Program-made: the position numbers and the translations under genes
Origin: an uncultured Acidimicrobiia bacterium
GTDB lineage: Bacteria > Actinomycetota > Acidimicrobiia > Spongiisociales > ZC4RG35
Direction: 5' to 3'
Assembly: GCA_963761985.1 (NCBI GenBank)
Contig: CAVXIT010000003.1
Coordinates: 204,105 to 268,104, forward strand
DNA: 64,000 bases
Shown here: positions 1 to 8,753 of the stretch, one piece after another
Numbering within the stretch: the stretch's first letter is position 1
How the letters are laid out: the number at the start of each line of letters is the position of its first letter
The notes under the pieces: model-generated
What the model saw: the letters and a program-made list of their open reading frames with translations, nothing else
Told to the model about the DNA's origin: nothing
Databases searched by the model: none

Positions 1-1
1 G

Positions 2-1569
2 GCGTTTGACAAGATCCATTTCCCTGACGATGAGTCAGACATCGCCAAGGCTCGACGCCGCCTCGTTTTCGACGAGCTCTTTCGCCTGGAGCTGGCCCTT
101 GCCCTGCAAAAGCGCCGCCAGCTCGAGGAGTCGCGCGGCCGTTCCCATGAAGTTGGCGGAGAGCTCGTCGATCGATTTCTCCGCGGCCTTCCCTACACCC
201 TGACCGATGCCCAGCAACGGGTACTGGATGAGATCCGGACCGACCTCAAGGCGCCCTATCCAATGCACCGGTTGTTGCAAGGAGAGGTTGGATCTGGCAA
301 GACCGTCGTCGCCGTCGCGACGATGCTCGAAGCCGCAGCCGCTGGTCTGCAAGCAGCGGTCATGGCACCCACCGAAGTCCTGGCGATCCAGCACTTTCTC
401 GGGATCCGCATGCTGCTCGAATCGGCCGGACTGTCCCCGGGAGAAGATGCCCCAAGTCGGGGGATGGAGAGTCTCTTTTCGGAAGGCTCCGATCTTCCCG
501 TCCGCATTGCGCTTCTCACCTCATCGCAAGCAAGGACGAACTACGACCCCGGGGCGCGCCGGACCGAGATCACCCAGGCCATTGCGGCGGGGGACGTCGA
601 TCTCGTGATCGGCACTCACGCCCTCATTCAGGAAGGGGTTGAGTTTGCCGACCTGGCCATCGCCGTCATCGACGAACAGCATCGGTTCGGCGTTGGGCAA
701 CGAGTGATGTTGAAAGAGAAGGCGGTGGCAGCCGATCCCGACGTTTTGATCATGACGGCAACTCCGATTCCGCGCACGCTTTCGATGACGCTCTACGGCG
801 ACCTCGATGTCTCGCTCCTCGACGAGATGCCACCGGGGAGAACTCCCACCAAGACCCGGGCAATCACTCGATCCAACGAATACATCGCGTGGAACATGGT
901 CAAGGAGGCCGTCGGGGAAGGCCAGCAAGCCTTCGTCGTATGCCCGTTGGTTGAGGACAGCCCCAAGCTCGAGCTGGCTTCGGCCACCAGCGAATTCGAA
1001 CGGCTCGCATCGATTTTCGCCGACCTCCGGGTCGGGTTGATCCACGGCCAACTCTTGCCCCTGGAAAAGGAAACCGAGATGGCGGCATTCCGGGCCGGCA
1101 AGATCGATGTCCTTGTCGCCACCACCGTGATCGAAGTTGGCATCGACGTGCCCAATGCGACCCTGATGGTCATCCAGGACGCCGATCGATTTGGTTTGTC
1201 CCAGCTCCATCAACTGCGCGGCCGGGTCGGTCGAGGCGCAGATCCGGGGCTCTGCATCCTTATCGCGGATCCGACCACCGACGAAGGCGAACAACGGATA
1301 GCCGCCATGGTGGAAAGCAACGATGGGTTTCGACTCGCCGAAATCGACTTGATGCTTCGTGGTCAGGGAACCGTCTTCGGCGCCCGTCAATCGGGAATGG
1401 TCGATCTCCGGATCGCCGACATCCTGGCCGACTACGAAGAGCTCGTCGCTGCTCGACGGGAGGCATTTGCGTTGGTCGATCGCGATCCCCGCTTGAGGAC
1501 CACCCTGAGCTGGCGGAGGAGGTACTGGCACTGTTGGGGGAGAGGGTCGAATGGCTGTTCAAGTCGTAG
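2..1569 (+). CDS. recG: ATP-dependent DNA helicase RecG, 5'-truncated by the window edge. An apparent -1 frameshift near 1497: the main ORF frame runs to 1765 as Arg/Ser/Trp-rich junk, while the conserved-looking C-terminus DPRL-EDHPELAEEVLALLGERVEWLFKS* reads in another frame and ends at 1569.
   Basis: Translation from position 2 reads AFDKIHFPDDESD...LTDAQQRVLDEI...PMHRLLQGEVGSGKT (Walker A), with DEQHRFG and the rest of the helicase core downstream. Synteny recG–rsmD–coaD. Confidence 0.85.
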
Positions 1570-1925
1570 CGTCGGTGGCACTCTGCGAGCATCGACCGTG
1601 CGCCAATTCCGTAGTCCCAGACATCGATTACCGGCGGCTCGATTCCCAGGCAGTGAGAGCAGTGCAAATCTGGCTGCGGTGGTCGGTGCCATGGTGGAGC
1701 GCTTGCGCCACCCAGATCGCGGCCGGCCAATAAACGACGATCCTTCGTCGCCCTTTCCTCGATGACGGTCGCTTGTCCGGATCCGGATTGTTGGCGACGT
1801 TATCCGCCCACGGGCCGCCGGTGCCCTTCGATCACGCTCCGCAACTGGTCCATGTTCATTTCTACCGTATCGATCCGGGGGTTGGCCCCTTCGCTCAGAC
1901 GATAGAGGTAGCCACGCGTCTGCCT

Positions 1926-2852
1926 CTACGAGATGGCGCCACGTCTCGAGAATCGAGCCATACGTTCCGGGCACCACAGTGTCGAGTTGTTCATCGGTGA
2001 GCGGGTGCATGCATCCAGCAGTTTCAACGTTGCCCAGACGTGATGGGCGAAGGCGTCGTCAAGCAGATGTTTGTTCATTCGGTGTTTCCATTTGGGCACC
2101 GTACCGCGTGCGGCCCAGGCATAGGCATCGACCGTGAAAGGAATCTGGCCAACCTGTGTCTCGGCGACTCGTCGCAGCTCTGCCTGGCCGTCCGTGTCCA
2201 GGGTCCTGTAGTAGCTGCCTGCCGGTCCCACGCCAAGGGTGAAGGGTTCCCACCAGTCGGAAAACGTCTGGTGCTCGACGCGAACGTTCAGCGCTTTTTC
2301 CTCGATCGCATCCAAACCGGCGGCTGCAAACAGTTCAACGAGGTGTCCCTGGCGGGCGCCCGGCAGGTCCGATTCGTCGTCGACGTCCGGATCGAGCTGG
2401 CGGGCGGCGTCCCAGAACGGGCTTACGGCACCGCGCCCTCCGCCAAAATCCCAGACGCATGCGGCGACGATGCCCCCCGGCTTCGTCACTCGCTTCATCT
2501 CCGTCAGGCCGGCGATCGGATCAGCCATGAAATGAACGACGAGTTGAGCGATGCTGCGGTCGAATGCTTGATCGGTGAAAGGCAACGCCTCGGCAAATGC
2601 GATCCGTGCATCGACACCCGGATATCTGTTCTCGATTGCGCTGACAAACGACGCGGTCGGATCAACCGCCCAGACCGATTCCGCCCCGAGTCGTTCGACG
2701 AGCTCGCCCGTGAGTGCTCCGGGACCACATCCGACATCGAGGGCGGTTTGCCCCGCCCGGACATCGGCGAAATCGGCGAGCAGGGGCGAAAGCCGGGACG
2801 AGTACCTGCCCATGAATCGGTCGTATGCCTCGGCGGTGACGGCAAAGCTCAT
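1926..2852 (-). CDS. Class I SAM-dependent methyltransferase (Methyltransf_11-like). The C-terminal roughly 50 aa look non-conserved, so the true stop may lie earlier.
   Basis: MSFAVTAEAYDRFMGRYS...LDVGCGPG (SAM-binding motif)...KPGG. ATG at 2852. Divergent from rsmD, with only 22 bp between the start codons. Confidence 0.6.
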   Translation of the reverse strand: MSFAVTAEAYDRFMGRYSSRLSPLLADFADVRAGQTALDVGCGPGALTGELVERLGAESVWAVDPTASFVSAIENRYPGVDARIAFAEALPFTDQAFDRSIAQLVVHFMADPIAGLTEMKRVTKPGGIVAACVWDFGGGRGAVSPFWDAARQLDPDVDDESDLPGARQGHLVELFAAAGLDAIEEKALNVRVEHQTFSDWWEPFTLGVGPAGSYYRTLDTDGQAELRRVAETQVGQIPFTVDAYAWAARGTVPKWKHRMNKHLLDDAFAHHVWATLKLLDACTRSPMNNSTLWCPERMARFSRRGAIS

Positions 2853-2874
2853 GCGAGGAACGAAACTAACGACC

Positions 2875-3450
2875 ATGCGTGTCATTGCGGGGACGGCTCG
2901 AGGTCGACATCTGGTCGCACCGGATTCGCGCGGTACTCGTCCCCTTGCGGATCGGGCCCGGGAAGGAATCTTCTCCGCGATCGGGGATTGGGTGCAAGAT
3001 GCCAAGGTGCTCGATCTCTACGCCGGCTCAGGGAGCATCGGGATCGAGGCGCTCTCTCGGGGCGCCGCCCATGCCACCTTTGTCGAAAACGGTCGCAAAG
3101 CGCTCGAGGCGCTTCGCCGCAACCTCGCTGCGGTGGGTTTCGAGGGCAAGGCCACGATCGCTGCCCGTCCGGTTAAAGACTTTCTCGCCCGCGCCGCCCA
3201 AACCTTTGATATGAGCTTTGACCTGTTCTTCTTCGACCCTCCCTGGTCGTTGGCGACGGAACTGATCGCGTCCGAGATGCAAGCAGGCGCTCGCCTCGCT
3301 GGGTCCGGGGCGGAGATGGTGGTGCACCGGAGGCATCCCGGTCCGCTGCCGGTGGTTCCGGCTGGATGGCAGGAGGCGGGTGTCTACCGATATGGCGACA
3401 GTGTGCTCTTTCGGCTTGCCGCTCCTTCTTCCGGGGAGGCGGCAGAATGA
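2875..3450 (+). CDS. rsmD: 16S rRNA (guanine966-N2)-methyltransferase RsmD
   Basis: MRVIAGTARGRHL...LDLYAGSGSIGIEALSRGA...FFDPPW (DPPY-like motif). AGGAA 12 nt upstream of the ATG. Confidence 0.85.
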   Translation: MRVIAGTARGRHLVAPDSRGTRPLADRAREGIFSAIGDWVQDAKVLDLYAGSGSIGIEALSRGAAHATFVENGRKALEALRRNLAAVGFEGKATIAARPVKDFLARAAQTFDMSFDLFFFDPPWSLATELIASEMQAGARLAGSGAEMVVHRRHPGPLPVVPAGWQEAGVYRYGDSVLFRLAAPSSGEAAE

Positions 3451-3936
3451 GCCTGACGAAACGGAGCTTTTCTGACCACCGCACTCTGCCCAGGAAGTTT
3501 TGACCCTCCGACCAACGGACACCTCGATGTCATTCAGAGAGTGATCGACTCTTTCGACCACGTGGTCATTGGTGTGGTTACCAATCCTTCGAAGACCCCG
3601 CTGCTGTCTGCGGCGGAACGGGTCGAAGTCCTCAATGACTTGATCGAAGGCAAGGCTGAAGTCGAAGCGTTTGATGGCCTGTTGGTCGATTTTGCCCGCT
3701 CGAAGTCGGTGGACGTGGTGGTTAAGGGCTTGCGAGCCCTGAGCGATTTCGACTACGAGCTGGCGATGGCGCAAATGAACCGCACTCTGAGCGGGGTCGA
3801 AACCCTTTTCATTCCGACCAACCCGCAATGGAGCTATCTCTCGTCCTCGCTCGTCCGGGAAGTGGCGCGGCTGGGTGGGAATGTCGAGAGCCTGGTACCA
3901 CCGGCGGTGCAGCGGATTCTCAAGGAGAGGTTATGA
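3446..3936 (+). CDS. coaD: Phosphopantetheine adenylyltransferase CoaD. The conserved N-terminus ALCPGSFDPPTNGHLDVIQR lies in-frame upstream of the first GTG (3541) with no canonical start. ATG 3446 overlaps the rsmD stop (ATGA) but is in the -1 frame until the TTTT run at 3468-3471. So either a 1-nt indel or a CTG (3472) start.
   Basis: …CPGSFDPPTNGHLDVIQRVIDSFDHVVIGVVTNPSKTPLL…ELAMAQMNRTL…SSSLVREV. Sits directly after rsmD. Confidence 0.8.
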
Positions 3937-4433
3937 CCGACCATCTCGAAGAAAGCAACGAGAACATCTTCGAGATTCTCGAGCAGCTCATCGCCGAGGT
4001 GTCCGAGGCGAAGTCAGTTCCCCTCTCGGGCAACGTCCTGATCGATCGCGACCAGGTTCTCGAACGGCTGCAGAAAATTCAGGCCGAGCTTCCGAACGAG
4101 CTGCGTGCGGCGAGATGGATGGTGCGCGAGCGCGAGGCCTTCATTGCCCGCACCAACGAGCGCGCCAAGGAGCTCACTGACAAGGCTCAGGCCGAGTCGC
4201 GCCGTTTGATCTCGGACAACCACGTCCTCGCCGAGGCGGTGGAAGAGGCGAATATCCTGGTGCGACGGGCCGAGGGTGACTCTCGCCGGATGCGTCTCGA
4301 GGCCGAGGACGAGATCGACAACCACCTCTCTCGCGTCGAGACCCTCCTGACGGAGCTCCTGGGTCGTATTCATTACAGCCGGGACGAGTTCCATCGCGCC
4401 CGTCCCAAGCCGCCCGAGGTGCCTTACGACTGA
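3933..4433 (+). CDS. Conserved coiled-coil hypothetical protein (166 aa, acidic/helical). Occupies the position between coaD and yceD.
   Basis: ATG overlaps the coaD stop (ATGA). MTDHLEESNENIFEILEQL…, helical heptad-like composition. No recognisable catalytic motif. Confidence 0.5.
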   Translation: MTDHLEESNENIFEILEQLIAEVSEAKSVPLSGNVLIDRDQVLERLQKIQAELPNELRAARWMVREREAFIARTNERAKELTDKAQAESRRLISDNHVLAEAVEEANILVRRAEGDSRRMRLEAEDEIDNHLSRVETLLTELLGRIHYSRDEFHRARPKPPEVPYD

Positions 4434-4930
4434 TGAACGACCTTCGTTTTCAAGTGTCCGACTTGCTCGGTAATCCTGGGCTTGATCGCTGGGTCTACGG
4501 GGAGGCCAAGGTTTTCCTAGAAATAGGGGAGTCCAAAGTCTCTTCGCGGGCGGCGACCTACGCCCACCTCACCTCGACGAGCGTCGGCATCGTGGTCGAT
4601 GGTTGGTCGGGTGTGATGGCCGACCACACCTGTGCCCGTTGCCTGCGCACCTGGGAGGGCCCAATCGAAACCGAATGGTCTGAAGTGTTCGTCCGCCGCC
4701 CGGCTGAGGACGAATCGCCCATCGGGGTCGACGGGATGATCGATCTGGAACCGGTGGTCCACGATGAGCTCTCGCTGGCCCTGCCGTCTGACCCGCTTTG
4801 CCGGCCGGACTGCCTCGGACTTTGTGTTGAGTGCGGGGCCTACTTGAATACTGATCCCTGTGCCGGGCACGACGACGTGTCGTCGTCTCCTTTTGCCGCG
4901 TTGAAGCAACTGTTCGGACCCGAAACCTGA
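4433..4930 (+). CDS. yceD: YceD/DUF177 family protein (large ribosomal subunit accumulation protein)
   Basis: TGATG overlap with the upstream gene. C-terminal CxxC…CxxC (CRPDCLGLCVECGAYLNTDPCAGH). Immediately upstream of rpmF. Confidence 0.75.
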   Translation: MNDLRFQVSDLLGNPGLDRWVYGEAKVFLEIGESKVSSRAATYAHLTSTSVGIVVDGWSGVMADHTCARCLRTWEGPIETEWSEVFVRRPAEDESPIGVDGMIDLEPVVHDELSLALPSDPLCRPDCLGLCVECGAYLNTDPCAGHDDVSSSPFAALKQLFGPET

Positions 4931-4941
4931 AAGAAGACACC

Positions 4942-5118
4942 ATGGCGGTGCCAAAGAAGAAAAGCTCGCGCATGCGCACGCACTCGCGACGCTCATCGTG
5001 GAAAATCCAGAAACCCTCGACGTCCGTATGTCCACGATGCAATACGGTCAAATTGCCCCATCGTGCCTGCCCGACCTGTGGCACCTATCGCGACCGCGAG
5101 GTCTTAGAGACGGAATGA
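4942..5118 (+). CDS. rpmF: 50S ribosomal protein L32. Below the 60-aa cutoff of the ORF track.
   Basis: MAVPKKKSSRMRTHSRRSSWKIQKPSTSVCPRCNTVKLPHRACPTCGTYRDREVLETE*. Canonical yceD–rpmF–plsX order. Confidence 0.85.
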   Translation: MAVPKKKSSRMRTHSRRSSWKIQKPSTSVCPRCNTVKLPHRACPTCGTYRDREVLETE

Positions 5119-6137
5119 CGTCAATCGCCCTGGACGCTATGGGCGGCGATCGGGCTCCAGCCGAGATCGTGGCGGGAGCGGCGTTAGCTGCAGCGGACGG
5201 GGTGGATGTGGTTTTGGTGGGTGATCCCGATGCCCTCGCCCGGGAGCTTGCCGGTCACGAGGTGGAGCTGCCGATTGTTGCAGCGACCGAACAAGTCGAA
5301 ATGGGCGAGGATCCGGCGCGGGCATTACGGGAGAAGCCCAACTCCTCGATCAGCGTTGCGGCCCGACTCGTCCGGGCAGGAGATGCCGGAGCTCTCGTTT
5401 CCGCTGGCTCGACTGGAGCGGCTATGGCCGCAGCGGCGATCATCATCGGTCGGAGCGATGGCGTCCATCGGCCTTCGCTCGCGTCGGTGATCCCGACTCC
5501 GGCCGGATCGATCTTGATCCTCGACTGTGGGGCGAACCTGGAAGTCAAAGCCAGTCACCTTCTCCAATTTGGAATCATGGGAGCCGTGGCGGCAGAAGTT
5601 TTCTTTGGCCTCGACTCTCCCCGGGTAGGTCTGCTCAACAATGGGGAAGAGCCAGGCAAGGGGAGGGCGCTCGAGAAGGAGGCCTACAAGTTGCTCGAGG
5701 AATCGGATCTCAACTTCGTCGGCAACGTAGAAGGCCGCGACTTCGCGACGAACAAGGCCGATGTCTTCGTCACGGACGGATTCGTCGGCAACATCGCGCT
5801 CAAGACCACCGAAGGAGTCGCCGCAATGGTGGCCGACATGGTGCTGGAGGCCGTTTCGTCGCTTCCTCGCAAGGTAGTGGAGCAAATATCCGAGGCAGTT
5901 CGACCGATTCGTGATGTGCTCGACTATGAGAACACCGGGGGAGCTCATTTGCTCGGTATCAACGGGGTGGTGGTCATCGCCCATGGATCATCCGGACGCG
6001 TGGCGACCTACAACGCTCTCCGCATGGCCCGTGCCGGGTTGGACCAGGGCCTCGTGACCCGGGTGCAGGAGCGGTTGCAAGCTGCCGAGGTGCCAACAAC
6101 CCAAGAACTTGGGAATGAGCCAGTTAGATCCGCCTGA
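5115..6137 (+). CDS. plsX: Phosphate acyltransferase PlsX
   Basis: ATG overlaps the rpmF stop (ATGA). MTSIALDAMGGDRAPAEIVAGA… PlsX signature. Confidence 0.85.
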   Translation: MTSIALDAMGGDRAPAEIVAGAALAAADGVDVVLVGDPDALARELAGHEVELPIVAATEQVEMGEDPARALREKPNSSISVAARLVRAGDAGALVSAGSTGAAMAAAAIIIGRSDGVHRPSLASVIPTPAGSILILDCGANLEVKASHLLQFGIMGAVAAEVFFGLDSPRVGLLNNGEEPGKGRALEKEAYKLLEESDLNFVGNVEGRDFATNKADVFVTDGFVGNIALKTTEGVAAMVADMVLEAVSSLPRKVVEQISEAVRPIRDVLDYENTGGAHLLGINGVVVIAHGSSGRVATYNALRMARAGLDQGLVTRVQERLQAAEVPTTQELGNEPVRSA

Positions 6138-6840
6138 CGCAGGGGCGAACGCGACCAGCCGCCTGGATGAGAGTCAGCTGGAAAAAAAACTGGGCTACCG
6201 GTTCTCGGATGCCAAAGTCCTCGAGTCCGCTCTAACTCACCGGTCGTTTCAGGCCGAGAACAATGAAGTAGCCGATAACGAGCGATTGGAGTTCCTGGGC
6301 GACGCCGTTCTCGGTCTCTCGGTGACCACCTACCTCTACTCGTCGTACCCGGCCATGAGTGAGGGAGAAATGGCCAAGGTCCGGGCCGCGTCAGTGAGCC
6401 GGGAGGAGCTCAGCGCCGTTGCGGCGGAAGTCGATCTGGCCGGCTACCTCCGATTGGGCCGAGGGGAGGAGGTCACAGGCGGACGTTCGAAGTCGTCCAT
6501 CCTCGCCAACGCCATGGAGGCAGTGATCGGTGCCATTTACCTCGACTCCGATCTCGAGCAAGCGTCACAGGTGGTGTTGTCGCTCTGGGCTGAGCGGATC
6601 CAGCTGCGAGCCCAACGACCAGGGGGAGCCGACCACAAGACGCGGCTGCAGGAGGTTTTGGCTGCCACCGGGCGCACACCGATCTACGTCGTGGAAGGCA
6701 GCGGGCCGGACCACCGCAAAATGTTCCATGCCGAAGTCCATGTCGGTGGCAAGGTCAGAGGCCAGGGGAGTGGTGCTTCTAAACGTGAGGCCGAGCAAGA
6801 AGCCGCGCGGGCGGCTTTGACCTCGCTAACCGAAGCCTGA
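6109..6840 (+). CDS. rnc: Ribonuclease III
   Basis: ERLEFLGDAVLGL (RNase III signature) plus a C-terminal dsRBD (GSGASKREAEQEAARAAL). The start may be the ATG at 6115. Confidence 0.85.
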   Translation: MGMSQLDPPDAGANATSRLDESQLEKKLGYRFSDAKVLESALTHRSFQAENNEVADNERLEFLGDAVLGLSVTTYLYSSYPAMSEGEMAKVRAASVSREELSAVAAEVDLAGYLRLGRGEEVTGGRSKSSILANAMEAVIGAIYLDSDLEQASQVVLSLWAERIQLRAQRPGGADHKTRLQEVLAATGRTPIYVVEGSGPDHRKMFHAEVHVGGKVRGQGSGASKREAEQEAARAALTSLTEA

Positions 6841-6858
6841 GCCGACGAAAACAGGTGC

Positions 6859-7539
6859 CTAGACGGGTGTCTGGGCCAGGAACAGGCGCTCGGCGATAAA
6901 GGGGCTGACTCCAACCCTCTCCCGGTCGTCCACCGCCACCGTCAGCGTTCCATCCTTGGTCTGCGTCACAACCTCGACCGTGGCCCCGGGCCGAAGCCCG
7001 GAATCGTCCAGAAAACCCATGATCTCATTGTCGAGCTCGAGCTCCTCGGAGATGCGATGGAGGACCTTTGGTTGATCCACCTCTTTCTGGGCGGTTACCT
7101 CGGACAGGGCGGTCAATACGGGCTGGCGGTAGCCGGCGCCGGGAATCGGGTTGCCGTGCGGGCAAGTGGTTGGCTTGCCGAGCTTGGCCAGCATCGCCGA
7201 CTCCACGTCGTCAGAGATGGCGAGTTCCCACACCTCCGCCTCAGCGTGCACCTTCACCCACGGCAGCCCCAACACTTCGCTCAAGAACCGCTCGGCTAGG
7301 CGATGTCGGCGAACCACTACCTCGGCGAGGTGGCGCCCGGAGCCGGTGAGAGTGATCTCCCCATTGATCGTCACCAGACCATCGGACTCCATCTTGCGGA
7401 TCATCTCCGATACCGAAGCCCTGCTGACGCCCAGCCACTCGGCAACTCGAGCCTGAATCACCGGAAGCCCTTCCTCACCGACCTCAAAAATGGCTGCTAC
7501 GTACTCCCGATAGGTCGCGGTGTAGGCATCCTCGGACAT
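6859..7539 (-). CDS. DtxR/IdeR-family metal-dependent transcriptional repressor with a C-terminal SH3-like (FeoA) domain
   Basis: MSEDAYTATYREYVAAIFEVGEEG…RHRLAERFL…HAEAEVWELAISDDVE…PHGNPIP. Aligns along its length with DtxR/IdeR. ATG at 7539. Sits between rnc and mutM on the opposite strand. Confidence 0.8.
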   Translation of the reverse strand: MSEDAYTATYREYVAAIFEVGEEGLPVIQARVAEWLGVSRASVSEMIRKMESDGLVTINGEITLTGSGRHLAEVVVRRHRLAERFLSEVLGLPWVKVHAEAEVWELAISDDVESAMLAKLGKPTTCPHGNPIPGAGYRQPVLTALSEVTAQKEVDQPKVLHRISEELELDNEIMGFLDDSGLRPGATVEVVTQTKDGTLTVAVDDRERVGVSPFIAERLFLAQTPV

Positions 7540-7570
7540 CCCCGCAGGGTACCCGTGCTTAGCTTCCTTC

Positions 7571-8395
7571 GTGCCAGAGCTTCCTGAAGTCGAGACCACC
7601 CGCCGCTTGCTGGCGCCCCACCTCGAGCAGCGTCGAATCGTCGACGCCGAGCTTCGCCATCTCCGCACCGGCCGGCGCAACGTCAATCCGAACGACGTGG
7701 TCGATCGTCTGGTCGGCCAATTCGTCACCCGTCTCGACCGGCAGGGAAAGTTCATCCTGGGACGCCTCGAGTCCGAGTTCACCTGGGTGATGCACCTCGG
7801 GATGTCCGGACGATTTCTTGTCAGTCAACCGGGCGACCCCGATATCGCTCATACCCATTTCCTGGCGCGGACCGATCTGGGCGAGGAGGTTCGATTCATC
7901 GACCCGCGCACTTTTGGCTTCATCGCCGTCTTCACGCCCGAGGAGCTCGTCGATGAGTTGAACCTGGGAAGGGATGCGTTCATCGACCTGCCCCGGACGC
8001 CCCAGCTCGCCGCCCGACTCGAGGGACGAAAAGCGGCCATCAAGTCGCTGTTGCTCGACCAACGGATAATCGCCGGGTTGGGCAACATCTACGCAGATGA
8101 AGTCCTCTTTCGGGCGAGGGTCCGGCCAACTCGACCAGGAGGTCAGATCACGCCCGAGGAGATGACGCGGCTCCGGAAGGCAATCGGTCCGATCATGAAG
8201 GCGGGCGTTGCCGCCGGCGGGACATCGCTTTCGGAATTTGGATACCGCAGCCCCGAAGGCCAGCCCGGCGAGTATCGAACCAAACTCTTCGTCTACGGAC
8301 GCGAAGGTGAGGGCTGCCGTCGTTGCGGCACCCCGATCGAGCGGTTGGTGATCGGGGGCCGTTCTTCGTTCTTCTGCCCCCAATGTCAGATCTGA
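7571..8395 (+). CDS. mutM: Formamidopyrimidine-DNA glycosylase (Fpg/MutM)
   Basis: GTG start giving MPELPEVET… (the canonical PELPEVE N-terminus). C-terminal zinc finger CRRCGTPI…CPQC. Confidence 0.85.
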   Translation: MPELPEVETTRRLLAPHLEQRRIVDAELRHLRTGRRNVNPNDVVDRLVGQFVTRLDRQGKFILGRLESEFTWVMHLGMSGRFLVSQPGDPDIAHTHFLARTDLGEEVRFIDPRTFGFIAVFTPEELVDELNLGRDAFIDLPRTPQLAARLEGRKAAIKSLLLDQRIIAGLGNIYADEVLFRARVRPTRPGGQITPEEMTRLRKAIGPIMKAGVAAGGTSLSEFGYRSPEGQPGEYRTKLFVYGREGEGCRRCGTPIERLVIGGRSSFFCPQCQI

Positions 8396-8420
8396 TTGGG
8401 TCAAAGCTGATGGGCCAAGT

Positions 8421-8700
8421 GTGACCAAGGCGGTCAGAGCGGTGGTCAGTGGGCGAGTCCAGGGAGTCGGATTTCGTCAGGCGACCCGCAGCACCGCGCG
8501 CTCGCTCGGCCTGTTCGGGTGGGTCCGCAACGTCTGGGGCGAAGGCACCCTCGAGGTGTGGCTGCAAGGTGACTCCGAAGCGGTCGATCGCATGCTCGAT
8601 TGGCTGTGGATCGGTCCACCGCAAGCGGAGGTGCTCAGGCGTCGAGTCAGACGTTGTGGCGGAGGATCGTTACCTTCAGGATTTCTTGATCCGCCAGTGA
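8421..8700 (+). CDS. acyP: Acylphosphatase. Apparent +1 frameshift around 8631-8640: the conserved C-terminus …GVESDVVAEDRYLQDFLIRQ* reads in the neighbouring frame (ORF 8449..8700).
   Basis: VSGRVQGVGFRQATRSTARSLGLFGWVRN…GPPQAEV, a typical acylphosphatase core. Confidence 0.7.
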
Positions 8701-8753
8701 CCTGAATGCTCCGGCGCTAGCCTGGACACCCCAAATCACACAGGTGTAACTCC

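Noticed and set aside
521-1531. Long minus-strand ORF (336 aa) antisense to recG. Similar cases are 5325..5984, 7559..8428, 10002..10931, 25736..26788, 42723..43763, 54696..56147 and 61215..62144.
   Set aside because: They are antisense to strongly conserved genes. Their amino-acid composition is Arg/Gly/Pro/Ser-heavy and low-complexity, typical of open frames on the non-coding strand of high-GC DNA. They have no Shine-Dalgarno sequences and no recognisable motifs.
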